DNA of 49,799 nt from a virus. Lineage: Duplodnaviria; Caudoviricetes. Numbering within the stretch: the first letter of the stretch is position 1; every line of letters begins with the position of its first letter. The position numbers were made by a program, and so were the translations under genes. The notes under the pieces are model-generated. The model ran no database searches and was not told the origin of the DNA. It was given only the letters and a program-made list of their open reading frames with translations. The stretch lies in IMG/VR virus record IMGVR_UViG_3300032103_000216, positions 1-49,799 of that record; one strand, written 5' to 3'. Shown here piece by piece: positions 20,973 to 30,151 of this stretch.

Positions 20973-21276
20973 ATTCTTCAACAGATACCATCTCTAAAAT
21001 ATCATTCTTACCTGCAAATCCAATCCTTTTTTCCACAACTATACCATTATTAAAATAATAGATTGTTGGTATTGAACGTATTTGATACTGTGAAGCTAAT
21101 TCTGGTTCTTCATCAACATTTACTTTAACCACTTTAATTTCAGGATTAGTTTTTTCAACATCATCAAGAATTGAAGTAAGCATTCGACAAGGCCCACACC
21201 ATTCAGCCCAAAAATCAACAATTACTTTACCATTTTTAATCATTTCTTCAAAATTTTCTTTAGTTACGTTTTCCAT
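20971..21276 (-). CDS. trxA: thioredoxin
   Basis: DFWAEWCGPC active site, IRSIPT. Confidence 0.95.
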   Translation of the reverse strand: MENVTKENFEEMIKNGKVIVDFWAEWCGPCRMLTSILDDVEKTNPEIKVVKVNVDEEPELASQYQIRSIPTIYYFNNGIVVEKRIGFAGKNDILEMVSVEE

Positions 21277-21288
21277 TTTTTTGTTTTT

Positions 21289-22287
21289 TTAATTTAAATT
21301 ATTAATGTATCCGAATTCATTCATAATTAATTCAGGATTACCAATGCTAATAACATATTTTTCGAAATATAATTTATCATCTTCACTATTAAAGATAGTT
21401 TTTAATGTATCCTTATAATTTGTGATTAACTTACCATATTCTTTATGATCAACATTGGGATAATAAATACTAATCAAATTTCCATTGAAAAATTCTTTGG
21501 CTTTTATTTTTAATTCTTTGTTTCTAATTACTTCATCAAATCTTTCTTTAAATGCTTCTTCAGTAAAAAAATTAAACGCTTCAATCAAATAATATTCCTT
21601 TTCTCTGAATTGATAATCTTCTTTGTTTTTATCCTTTATATATCCAATAAATTGAGTATATGATTTTCTTTTCATATTCCTCGCTTTATTTGAATGATTT
21701 AGATTTTCATATTGAAATGATTCTTTATTGTAATATTTAGAATCATATACATAATCAAAGATATCTTCGAGTGTATTAAATCCTTGAATATATCTATCAT
21801 GATCAAACCCTAAAAAGGTAAATATTTTTTGCACATTTCTGCTTACAATAACACGTTCACCTTCAGCAAAATCATAAGCTAATCCATAATCACCATATCT
21901 AAAACCAAGATTACGTGCCACTCTACCCATAAAATTACCTAAATCATTATAGGAGAAATATACTATTGATGTATCCCATTCTTCTGGCGCAACTAATATA
22001 AAATCAACCTGAAGTTCTTTGTAGTCAATTGTATAACAATCACTATTACGATACTCTTCTTGTGGGTTAAACAATTCTTTAATTATGGGCATGAACTCCC
22101 CCATTGCCATTGTTTTTAAAACAAGGACATCAAGATCGCCAAAAGAATCCTTAGATTTATATGATATTATTGGTTGAGAAATAAATTTCTTTTCCTTTAA
22201 TTTAGAAATCACCTCTTCAGTGATTTTCTCAAATTCTTCTTTTTGATATCTTCTGGTATATACAGATTTTAATGCATTCCCTCCTAT
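21289..22287 (-). CDS. Pol beta-superfamily nucleotidyltransferase-like phage protein
   Basis: K.SFGDLDVLV, QVDFI, SYNDLGN. Frame extends upstream to ATA-GGNALK at 22287 with no in-frame ATG. Confidence 0.6.
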   Translation of the reverse strand: MGGNALKSVYTRRYQKEEFEKITEEVISKLKEKKFISQPIISYKSKDSFGDLDVLVLKTMAMGEFMPIIKELFNPQEEYRNSDCYTIDYKELQVDFILVAPEEWDTSIVYFSYNDLGNFMGRVARNLGFRYGDYGLAYDFAEGERVIVSRNVQKIFTFLGFDHDRYIQGFNTLEDIFDYVYDSKYYNKESFQYENLNHSNKARNMKRKSYTQFIGYIKDKNKEDYQFREKEYYLIEAFNFFTEEAFKERFDEVIRNKELKIKAKEFFNGNLISIYYPNVDHKEYGKLITNYKDTLKTIFNSEDDKLYFEKYVISIGNPELIMNEFGYINNLN

Positions 22288-22323
22288 TTTCTTAACGGGT
22301 TTTAATTCCGTACCTCCATTATT

Positions 22324-22632
22324 TTATTTACTATATATCATATTACCACCAAACTGATTAAAATCAAAACCAGCAGCATTAGTTGTATCTTTTGCATATG
22401 TAATAAATGGCGTATTTGATTGTTTACCACATTTTTTACAATAAGGTGGAATTACACTAAACCAAGGATTTGGATATTCATGACCAAATTCATCAATACA
22501 AGCATTTGGGTCTTGAAGTAATGGTGATTGTTTCAAATATAAAATTGATAACTTCAATGATTCAATCTCACTTTTTAGTGCATGTATTTGAAGTGTCAAT
22601 TCATTTAGCTTAGTTAAAATTTGGTCTTTCAT
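22324..22632 (-). CDS. hypothetical protein with C-H-CxxC motif
   Basis: 102-aa ATG ORF. Confidence 0.65.
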   Translation of the reverse strand: MKDQILTKLNELTLQIHALKSEIESLKLSILYLKQSPLLQDPNACIDEFGHEYPNPWFSVIPPYCKKCGKQSNTPFITYAKDTTNAAGFDFNQFGGNMIYSK

Positions 22633-22671
22633 TTTATTTTAATATTGGTAAATCATGAAGTGATTTAATTC

Positions 22672-23526
22672 TCATATGTCCCACAGCGTGTCATATAAAT
22701 AACAAAAAATTTTATTTTTATTGAAATCTCTAAAATTATCGAATGAATCATCAATAAACACTTTAACACCAGCTTTTCTTGCAATATCAACCTTAGATTC
22801 ACCAACACCAACAGTAAATACAGGTCTTGCTGGAAATCCGTGATGATCAAGCCATTTAATTGTGGTTTCAATTGATATTGGTCTTGAAGTGATATAACAA
22901 TGAGGTTCAAATGGTAAATCTTTAGCATCAATCAATGGCTTAAGACTTAAATAAAAGTTATCAAGTTCATTTTGATCTCTAAGTGCTTCAAACCTATGTC
23001 GTATATCTCTATCAAAATACCATGAATTAGGGACATTAGTTATATTAAACTTTTCTCTCCAAGGGTTTAACCAATCAGCTAATACTTCATCAATATCTAA
23101 ACCTATTCTCGGTAATTCTAGCCATCTCTTTGGTCTATCATCACCTTGAGGATATAGATAATAATATGCATTTAAGAAGTGTGCATTAGCAGCAACATGT
23201 GCAATATACAATAAACCACTTTCAGCATCGTGATCTTTTGATTTCTCAAATTCAATCAAATGTCTTTTAAGTGATGCAAGCACTGTTGACCATGACATAC
23301 CTTTCTCCCAATTACGATCAGCATATTTATTTGCACCAATCGTAAGTACTTTTACTAAATCCTCAGTTGCTTGTGGATGAAGTAAATCATGTCGATTCTT
23401 ACCTTTATTAAATCGTAACCCTTTACCCTTTTCATCTGATTCTTTCATCACTTCAATAGTCTTACTTACAATCTCTGGAAGATTATCGCTTAAGGGATTC
23501 TCTAATTTCTCTTGCTTTGTTTTCAT
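22672..23526 (-). CDS. dATP/dGTP diphosphohydrolase (DUF5664) fused to HAD 5'-nucleotidase-like domain
   Basis: GLRFNKGK..DLL...GANKY..RNWEKG...D.ESGL..IAH, then GLDIDEVLAD...FIDD. Confidence 0.8.
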   Translation of the reverse strand: MKTKQEKLENPLSDNLPEIVSKTIEVMKESDEKGKGLRFNKGKNRHDLLHPQATEDLVKVLTIGANKYADRNWEKGMSWSTVLASLKRHLIEFEKSKDHDAESGLLYIAHVAANAHFLNAYYYLYPQGDDRPKRWLELPRIGLDIDEVLADWLNPWREKFNITNVPNSWYFDRDIRHRFEALRDQNELDNFYLSLKPLIDAKDLPFEPHCYITSRPISIETTIKWLDHHGFPARPVFTVGVGESKVDIARKAGVKVFIDDSFDNFRDFNKNKIFCYLYDTLWDI

Positions 23527-23740
23527 ACCAATCAATTTTATCTTGTTCACGATCAATACCTTCATTTGGTTTTTTACCCATACGTGCTTTGTATTTATAT
23601 GCTGTTAATTCACACCAATCAGCAACTCTTTCAGCACCAAATAAATCAACCATTACTTCCCAAGTTTCACGGCCATCTTTTTCCTTATAATGTTGTGGTC
23701 TAACATAATCGTAATCTTCTTGTGTCATTAAATTTTTCAT
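23483..23740 (-). CDS. DUF3310 (SaV / T7 gp1.7-like) protein
   Basis: VRPQHY, AYKYKARMGKK, D..KIDWY. Confidence 0.75.
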   Translation of the reverse strand: MKNLMTQEDYDYVRPQHYKEKDGRETWEVMVDLFGAERVADWCELTAYKYKARMGKKPNEGIDREQDKIDWYENKAREIRESLKR

Positions 23741-23745
23741 AATAT

Positions 23746-24111
23746 TTATTCAAATATATCAACTAAAAATAATTCTTTTAATTTTCTTAATGGTTCTTCA
23801 ATAATTCTTGAAGTAGTCTCAATATGTTCATCGACAGAATATAACTCTAATTCTTTTATATTCATTTGTAATTGCTCAACAGTATTAAGAATTTCTTGCT
23901 CAGTTTTAGGTCTACGTTTAGTTACTACTGTCCAAAATGCACGTAAATAACCAGCCTTTAAGTCTGGATGACTTACAATTCGTAATGAACCATGTGCTTT
24001 ATTATCACCACGTTTTCTTAGTATCCAACGAGCATCAACATCATTTTCAGATATAAAACCTCTTATTCTTTCCCAATAAAAATCATTTATTACTTGTCCT
24101 TCTTCTTCCAT
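23746..24111 (-). CDS. hypothetical protein
   Basis: 121-aa ATG ORF in operon. Confidence 0.75.
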   Translation of the reverse strand: MEEEGQVINDFYWERIRGFISENDVDARWILRKRGDNKAHGSLRIVSHPDLKAGYLRAFWTVVTKRRPKTEQEILNTVEQLQMNIKELELYSVDEHIETTSRIIEEPLRKLKELFLVDIFE

Positions 24112-24117
24112 AGAAAT

Positions 24118-24396
24118 TTATTTTCTATTTTTTTTGCGAGAAGCATTTGCTGTTCTTCTCTTTTTCTTTTTTGCTTTATTTTCTTTGGCAGTTATTATTC
24201 TTCTTGGTTTACCCCAATAAATTAATGGTTTTTTTGTTTGGCTCTTAAGCAATTCATCTAATTGCTGCTTTTCTTCTTCAGTTAATTCATCGTAATTTAC
24301 TGCAGATTTTTTTTCTTCAGTGGTTAATTCACTTTCATTAATTTCATTTTGAGCTAAAAATTCAGGATTATCTAATAGTTTTTCGTTATCTTCCAT
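24118..24396 (-). CDS. hypothetical protein with acidic N-terminus and basic tail
   Basis: Preceded by TTG...TAGATTTG promoter (24419-24450). Confidence 0.7.
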   Translation of the reverse strand: MEDNEKLLDNPEFLAQNEINESELTTEEKKSAVNYDELTEEEKQQLDELLKSQTKKPLIYWGKPRRIITAKENKAKKKKRRTANASRKKNRK

Positions 24397-24456
24397 AAAT
24401 GAGTTTATTTAATTTTAACAAATCTAAACAATTATGGTAAATATGTCAAGTAAATG

Positions 24457-24493
24457 AAAAAGGATGAATACATATTTATATTCATCCTTTTTT
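24457..24493. terminator. bidirectional intrinsic terminator
   Basis: AAAAAGGATGAATA...TATTCATCCTTTTTT. Confidence 0.75.
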
Positions 24494-24506
24494 AGTTAAG
24501 AATATA

Positions 24507-25154
24507 TTACTTACGTAATGACCAATTTTCACCCTTTTCAGGGCCATAATGCCATACATAATAACTTTCCTTTTTCTCTGGATAAAACTTGCCACTTTCA
24601 ATGACAGCCATACATTCACCTTGACAAAAAGTTTCTTTTGTTATTCCAAGAAAACCATATGCAGTCATGCAGTTGTAAAATCCAATTGGTTTATCTAAAG
24701 GTTGACGAACTTCCCATCCACCTGAGAAGAATTTATCAATTGTTCTTTTAGTCCAATCAGCTAATGATTTCTCATGAACACTTCTAGCATAAGCAGCTTC
24801 ATCTTCAATGTACTTCCAATACTCAGCAATGCGTTCATCATTACGTGCATAGTCCATTTCATATCTGATGCGATTTTTTATTCTTTCAAGATTACCACTT
24901 TCATCCCAAATTATCGTATCTAAATCCATTGAATAAATATCGATTTTAGAACCTTTAGTTGAGGTCACTAATCTCATGTTACCAGCATGTGCTCTTTTAT
25001 CGGGGTCTACTTTCTCAAGATACTGATAAGGGCCATCCCAATATCCTTCTTTTTCTTCAGCAAACCAAGGCGCACCATGACCCGGAAGGCGAACATAACA
25101 TTCACCTGTAGGGTCTGCTTCTTGCAGCATTTTTATAAAATCTTTTGTTTTCAT
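24507..25154 (-). CDS. hypothetical protein
   Basis: 215 aa with MKTKDFIKMLQEADPTG...EGYWDGPY. Confidence 0.8.
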   Translation of the reverse strand: MKTKDFIKMLQEADPTGECYVRLPGHGAPWFAEEKEGYWDGPYQYLEKVDPDKRAHAGNMRLVTSTKGSKIDIYSMDLDTIIWDESGNLERIKNRIRYEMDYARNDERIAEYWKYIEDEAAYARSVHEKSLADWTKRTIDKFFSGGWEVRQPLDKPIGFYNCMTAYGFLGITKETFCQGECMAVIESGKFYPEKKESYYVWHYGPEKGENWSLRK

Positions 25155-25162
25155 CTTTTAAA

Positions 25163-25600
25163 TTATTTATCTAATTGTAATTTATAGAAATCACCCTTCT
25201 CGTTTTTATAATCAAAATATGCAGTTTTTAACTTTTCAAGTTGTGCTTTATATTCTGCTCTTTTCTTCTGAATAATAACTTCTTTTTCACTTAGTATTAC
25301 TTTAGCTCTTAAGTCAGAGCCAAGTACATTCTTCATTAAGAAATGAAGAAACATATTTACCTTCTTTAATGTTGAAACAATTTCAATTTCTTTTATCATT
25401 GAAGCTAATTTCTTCTTCTTTCTTTTACTCATATTTATTATTCCAACATTCATTTGAGTTGAACTAATGTTTACTACATTATCCCAATCTTTAAGCTGGT
25501 ATTGATTTTTATTTGCGAATTTTTCAATGTTCTCAATAGTTAAAGATACTAATTGTGCGTTCAATTCGCTAACGTGAATGTGATTAATTTTTGTTTCCAT
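25163..25600 (-). CDS. hypothetical protein
   Basis: 145-aa ATG ORF. Confidence 0.75.
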   Translation of the reverse strand: METKINHIHVSELNAQLVSLTIENIEKFANKNQYQLKDWDNVVNISSTQMNVGIINMSKRKKKKLASMIKEIEIVSTLKKVNMFLHFLMKNVLGSDLRAKVILSEKEVIIQKKRAEYKAQLEKLKTAYFDYKNEKGDFYKLQLDK

Positions 25601-25833
25601 AATTGTTTTTGTTAATTGTTTATAGTTATTGTGTCAGGTTTAACCTGACTGTTATAATACGAAAAGTTAACGTTTACAATTATGGTGGTCGTGGTGTTAT
25701 CTACTTAATTTTCATAGCTATATTAGTTTTCAAATTCTTTTTTTAATTTTTCGTATTGTCTTTTACGTTCTTCTTTTTCTCTTTGCTCTCTTATTCGTTT
25801 TTGTTCTCTTTCATATGCTTCACGTTTAATTTT

Positions 25834-26073
25834 TTATTCCTCTAAACGCTTTGCTCGTTCTGCAGCAACAACATCTAAATCTTCAGTTAAATTATCTGCG
25901 GTAATAGTTTCAGTATTTTCATCAATATCACCACATCGATAATCAATCCATCTGGCAGTAATTGTACCATCAGAATCTAATTCTAATCTATTTGGTTCTG
26001 AACCGAATTTTGTAATAGCAAATTGGTTTGCTCTTGTGTAAATTGTTTTTAATAAATCAGTTGTGATTTTCAT
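25834..26073 (-). CDS. hypothetical protein (coiled-coil tail may continue past 25834)
   Basis: ATG ORF. Charged coiled-coil-like sequence continues after the stop. Confidence 0.6.
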   Translation of the reverse strand: MKITTDLLKTIYTRANQFAITKFGSEPNRLELDSDGTITARWIDYRCGDIDENTETITADNLTEDLDVVAAERAKRLEE

Positions 26074-26084
26074 ATTATTGTTGG

Positions 26085-26438
26085 TTAATAAGTTACAAAA
26101 TTATTTAGCTTACCAGCAAGGGGTAAATAGGATGTTATCTTCTGATACTCAGGAGTAGCATAATAACAAATAGCTGTCATTTGATCCTGTAAATCAGGTT
26201 CAATAAATGCGACAACTTGTGCCCCTTTGTTAGTAAGTTGTTTGTAAAGTTTGATTAGAGAATCTTCGTCTTTAGTAGCAAGACAGATTTTGTAATTTGA
26301 ATTTTCTATCCAATCTTTAAATTGTTTTGGTTGGTGATACGCAAAATCAGCTACAGCATGGCAGCTTTGTGCGATTTGATAACCAATAGGTGAATTTTGT
26401 CTGGTTATTGTTACTAATTTAGAAACCTACTTTTTCAT
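26085..26438 (-). CDS. peptidyl-tRNA hydrolase Pth2 family, with in-frame TAG at codon 4
   Basis: ATG AAA AAG TAG then an open frame: VSKLVTITRQNSPIGYQIAQSCHAVADF...KICLA...F.EPDL.DQMTAIC...LPLAG. The AQxxHA, EPD..TA and LPL motifs are Pth2-type. Missed by the ORF track. Confidence 0.8.
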
Positions 26439-26470
26439 GGTTTTAGTTGTTGTTTTTTTATATAAACGTA

Positions 26471-26501
26471 CAAAGGTAATTAAAAGTTTTAAAAAATCAA
26501 G
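26471..26501 (-). promoter_or_regulatory. Bacteroidota sigmaA-type promoter for pth2
   Basis: TTG...TACCTTTG on the minus strand. Confidence 0.6.
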
Positions 26502-26521
26502 TTATTTTTAAAATATTTTTG

Positions 26522-26593
26522 TGATTCATATGGGATTCGAACCCATGTCAAGACTTTTAGAGAGTCCTACATTAACCGCTATGCTAATGAATC
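26522..26593 (-). tRNA. amber suppressor tRNA (anticodon CTA)
   Basis: GATTCAT/ATGAATC acceptor, anticodon arm GGACT-CTCTAAA-AGTCT, T arm ATGGG-TTCGAAT-CCCAT. Confidence 0.88.
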
Positions 26594-26620
26594 ATAGTAA
26601 TTTATATATTATACATAAAA

Positions 26621-26911
26621 TTAATCATCTTGGCTACCAAAAAAGTTCATTCTTATTATCTCAAAGTTTTCCAATGAAATATACTTAGTCTTAAATTTAT
26701 TATCTTCTTTGCCTACTTGATACATATATGTTTCACCTGATACAATAAATTTCTTTAAATTTTCATCATCTATACCAGCCTTTTCCCTATCTTCTTTAGT
26801 GGTATTTTCCATGATGTATTTATACCCATCACACTCTCTATCGGCTTTTGATGTTGGATATGTTCTTTTTAGAAGTGTAAATTTACCCATGATATTTTCT
26901 GATAAACCCAT
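26621..26911 (-). CDS. hypothetical protein
   Basis: ATG ORF. Confidence 0.65.
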   Translation of the reverse strand: MGLSENIMGKFTLLKRTYPTSKADRECDGYKYIMENTTKEDREKAGIDDENLKKFIVSGETYMYQVGKEDNKFKTKYISLENFEIIRMNFFGSQDD

Positions 26912-26939
26912 ACTGGTTCACAGTATATTCATAACTTCT

Positions 26940-27936
26940 TTAGTTTACATATTTTCTATCAGTCTTTTTTGCTACATTAGCAATTGAAGATAATAGTTTT
27001 TTGGTTGCCTTTATTGGTTTATTCTTGACTCTACTATCTTCACGTTTACCGATATCTAAATAAGTTTTAACGGTTTCATTATTTAATTCAAAAACCTTTT
27101 CACCTAAACTTTCAATCACTACATCAAGAGTCAAATTACAATATTCATCAATCCAATCACCAATATAATATAATCTTCTTGAACCACGAATAACTCCAAA
27201 TAAGATAGGGTCTTTTTTTCTTTTTCTTTATTTGTAAGATCAGTAGCATCATTATTTGAATCATAATGAAGGATCACATAATTATCAAAAACCAATTGGT
27301 CATCAGTTTTTCTTTTTACTTCTAATATTTTTGATGGAATAGGTTTAATGAAATTACTTATCCAAGTAAGTTTTAATGCTTTATCTTTTTCAGTTTTATT
27401 ATAAAAGTCTACTATTTGATCTTCTGTTAGAAATTTGTTTATTCCATATGCCACTAATTGAGATTCTGCTTTGGCTGATTCTAATCTACCTTTAAGTGAT
27501 TCAACTAATGCAACTTGACCAGCATCTTTAGCATTCTTAATTAATGTTTCATAATGAATGGCTATGTCAGTGAGCGATTTTAATTCTGAAAGTGAATTTG
27601 CAAGTGAAGAAAAAAATTGAAGAACAGTCATAGTTAACTTCTTATCTTTTTTCTTTTTTTCATAAAGCCGCCAAATAATTTTGAAAAGATATTAGAGTTC
27701 TTTTTTACATCTAAATCAATACTACCATCACTACCTTGACAAACAGTGGCAGTACTCCATGAATTTGTTCCTGTACCAGTATTAAATACTATAATCCCAT
27801 TTGAATCAGTAACAGGTAATAGTGGAACACTATTACCTAATTGTACCTGTGTAACAATGTTTTTATTAAATTTTGGAAGTGATTGATTTATTTGAAAATT
27901 TTCAAAAATTAAAAGTTTATTGTTTGACGTTACCAT
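26940..27936 (-). pseudogene. hypothetical protein split by two poly-A frameshifts (probable assembly errors)
   Basis: ORFs 27634-27966, 27131-27631 and 26940-27134 join at A-runs near 27650 and 27215 (...KEKK|DPILFGVIRGSRRLYYIGDWIDEYC). Confidence 0.6.
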
Positions 27937-28005
27937 ATGTATGATTTTTGGTAAAAATAGAAACAAAAAATAAAAAAGTCAATACATATTGATAATTTTA
28001 ATTAG

Positions 28006-28082
28006 AGTAGATGGTGGGATTCGAACCCACGACATATGCAAGTTTTGCAGACTTGCGCCTTGAACCACTTGGCGACATCCAC
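28006..28082 (-). tRNA. tRNA-Cys(GCA)
   Basis: Loop CTGCAAA, U73, cloverleaf. Confidence 0.9.
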
Positions 28083-28090
28083 GTATTATG

Positions 28091-28172
28091 TACCCTCAGT
28101 CAGACTCGAACTGACACGTCTTTCGACATTGGCTTCTTAGACCAACGTGACTACCATTTCCACCATGAGGGC
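28091..28172 (-). tRNA. tRNA-Leu(AAG)
   Basis: Loop CTAAGAA, long variable arm. Confidence 0.85.
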
Positions 28173-28175
28173 ATT

Positions 28176-28258
28176 TAGTATTGTTCTGTCATTGAACTAC
28201 AATCTTACTCCATGAAAGTAATTTGAGAAAGGTGGGACTTCAACCCACAACTATACTA
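28176..28258 (-). ncRNA. circularly permuted tRNA-like (YrlA-like) RNA
   Basis: 5'->3' order is T arm (GTGGG-TTGAAGT-CCCAC), looped acceptor-like stem, then D arm (GTTC-AATGACA-GAAC), closed by TAGTAT/ATACTA. Confidence 0.5.
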
Positions 28259-28269
28259 TTTTTTTTATG

Positions 28270-28357
28270 TACCCCAAGTAGGATTCGAACCTACACGCTA
28301 CTATTACTTCGCACTGGTTTCTAAAACCAGCATGTCTCACCGTTCCATCATTGGGGC
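28270..28357 (-). tRNA. tRNA-Leu(TAG)
   Basis: Loop TTTAGAA, long variable arm. Confidence 0.88.
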
Positions 28358-28362
28358 ATATA

Positions 28363-28737
28363 TTATATATCGTAATATCTTACTAATATATTCTTTTCGT
28401 TTGCTATGTTGATCATATGTGTTGAACCTTTTGAGTTATTAACTCTAAACACCACACATGCATCAGCATTTTCTGCCATTTGAACATTCCTTAAATATCC
28501 AGCACTCTTACCAAATTTATTCCAATCTGCAGGATACCTATGAATATCAAAACCATTTTCATTAGCATATCTTTCACCTAATTTATCTGCACCAACAGCA
28601 GTTCCAGATACAATATTGATTTCAAAATCTTCAAGTTTCTTAGCTAATAAATGATCAAGTTTTTCTTTAAGAAAATCATAATCATTAAAGTCTTTACTAC
28701 CAGCTACGATAACTCTAAACTTTTCTTTTTTTTTCAT
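28363..28737 (-). CDS. SLOG-family protein (DUF2493 / YspA-like)
   Basis: VIVAGS.DF, IVSGTAVGAD, PADW..GKSAG..RN..MA, SKGS.HM. Confidence 0.85.
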   Translation of the reverse strand: MKKKEKFRVIVAGSKDFNDYDFLKEKLDHLLAKKLEDFEINIVSGTAVGADKLGERYANENGFDIHRYPADWNKFGKSAGYLRNVQMAENADACVVFRVNNSKGSTHMINIANEKNILVRYYDI

Positions 28738-28738
28738 G

Positions 28739-28825
28739 CTCTTGGGGTAAGATTCGAACCTACGTTGGAACTTACGTTCACCAGATTAACAGTTTGGACT
28801 TTTCGGCCACTAAAGCAACCCAAGA
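28739..28825 (-). tRNA. tRNA-Asn(GTT) with long variable arm
   Basis: Loop CTGTTAA, G73, about 17-nt variable region. Confidence 0.75.
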
Positions 28826-28951
28826 ATATTTTAGGATGTCAGTGCAGTTACAATGATAACATCCCCAAATAAAGCAACTTGATTCGGTATCTGTTGACTT
28901 ACTAGTAACTCGCAAGTGACTCCCGACTTTAACAGCCTCTTTATTTGTTTG

Positions 28952-29038
28952 CAGAGAGTGAGGGATTCGAACCCCCGATCCCCGTAAAGGGACTCTTGTT
29001 TTCAAGACAAGTGCAATCAACCACTCTGCCAACTCTCT
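28952..29038 (-). tRNA. tRNA-Ser(TGA)
   Basis: Loop CTTGAAA, long arm, G73. Confidence 0.92.
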
Positions 29039-29354
29039 ATTTTCGATAAATAGAATCTTTAACTCTATTCATCAATTCAATTTCATCTTTTGTTAGTTCT
29101 TCAGTATTATTATCTGGAAGCATTTCATCATATGTTAAATAAAATCTTATTCTATGTTTCCAAATAAATTTAACACCAATTGCTAACTTAAAATCTTTAA
29201 GACTAACATTATCATTAATAATCCAATATAATGCAAAATCAATACCACCTAAACCTGAAATATAATCAACTCCTTCAACTAAATTTGAGTTACGTAAACC
29301 CTTATATATTGAAGTGTTGTATTTTTTAATACCTTTTATGTAGACAGTTTGCAT
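29037..29354 (-). CDS. hypothetical protein
   Basis: ATG ORF with TATCTTTG promoter at 29364-29371. Confidence 0.7.
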   Translation of the reverse strand: MQTVYIKGIKKYNTSIYKGLRNSNLVEGVDYISGLGGIDFALYWIINDNVSLKDFKLAIGVKFIWKHRIRFYLTYDEMLPDNNTEELTKDEIELMNRVKDSIYRK

Positions 29355-29400
29355 ATGTTGTTACAAAGATAATAAATTATTTTTTTAAATAAAAAAATTG

Positions 29401-29491
29401 AAGAGGATGTGAGACTCGAACTCACAAGACGGATTGGTTACCGTCACGGCAGTTTTCAAGACTGCTGCCTTACCAATTAGGCTAACCCTCC
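29401..29491 (-). tRNA. tRNA-Ser(TGA)
   Basis: Loop CTTGAAA, long arm. Confidence 0.88.
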
Positions 29492-29496
29492 AAGTT

Positions 29497-29630
29497 TAAA
29501 CGTGTTGCTGCAAGTAGTACGGGCACGATCCGTTTTATTGCCATCCTCTTATTTCTATTTTCATCCATCGATAGACTACTCATAGGTTTGCGCAAACCAG
29601 CACCAATGTTATAAGCATCAGCCACGTTTA
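29497..29630 (-). ncRNA. candidate structured ncRNA within the tRNA operon
   Basis: Terminal stem TAAACGTG-GCTG/CAGC-AA-CACGTTTA, internal GAGTAGT/ACTACTT and GGTTT-GCGC-AAACC. Confidence 0.5.
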
Positions 29631-29634
29631 TTTG

Positions 29635-29706
29635 AGCGACATGCGAGACTCGAACTCGCTACTGCAGAGTGGAAGTCTGCTGTGTAACCATCAACACCTA
29701 TGTCGC
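29635..29706 (-). tRNA. tRNA-Gly(TCC)
   Basis: Loop CTTCCAC, U73. Confidence 0.88.
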
Positions 29707-29711
29707 ATTTG

Positions 29712-29843
29712 CTGTACCAGTAGGACTCGAACCTACAAATGGAGATTAGGTTTATGCCAGTACGTTTAAACTCGCATCACTTTTTCTCTTTATCCACTCC
29801 CTTGTGACCGAAGGGCTATGTCTGCCATTTCCACCACAGTACA
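29712..29843 (-). ncRNA. tRNA-like RNA with ~60-nt variable arm
   Basis: Acceptor, Leu-like D arm, CCCTT-CGGTCAC-AAGGG arm and canonical T arm, 132 nt. Confidence 0.6.
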
Positions 29844-29851
29844 ATATTATG

Positions 29852-29922
29852 AGCCTGAAATTGGACTTGAACCAATACCTCTCGCTGCGCAGCAAGTATG
29901 CTACTATTTACACCATTCAGGC
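29852..29922 (-). tRNA. atypical tRNA (6-nt anticodon loop TGCGCA, identity unclear)
   Basis: Acceptor, D and T arms intact, U73. Confidence 0.5.
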
Positions 29923-29976
29923 AATAACTTGGGTACATTATCTTTCACGAGATAAGAGGCTTATCCGAGCATAATG

Positions 29977-30050
29977 TGCAGTATATCGGGATCGAACCGA
30001 CTCTATCCCTGATTGGCAATCAGGCGCACCACCATTTATGCGTATACTGC
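29977..30050 (-). tRNA. tRNA-Gly(GCC)
   Basis: Loop TTGCCAA. Confidence 0.85.
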
Positions 30051-30056
30051 TAAAAG

Positions 30057-30145
30057 CAGAGAGTAAGGGATTCGAACCCTTGGGTCAGGTTTACCCGACC
30101 TACAGTTTAGCAAACTGTTGCAATAGACCACTCTACCAACTCTCT
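30057..30145 (-). tRNA. tRNA-Ser(GCT)
   Basis: Loop TTGCTAA, long arm, G73. Confidence 0.92.
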
Positions 30146-30151
30146 AAAATG

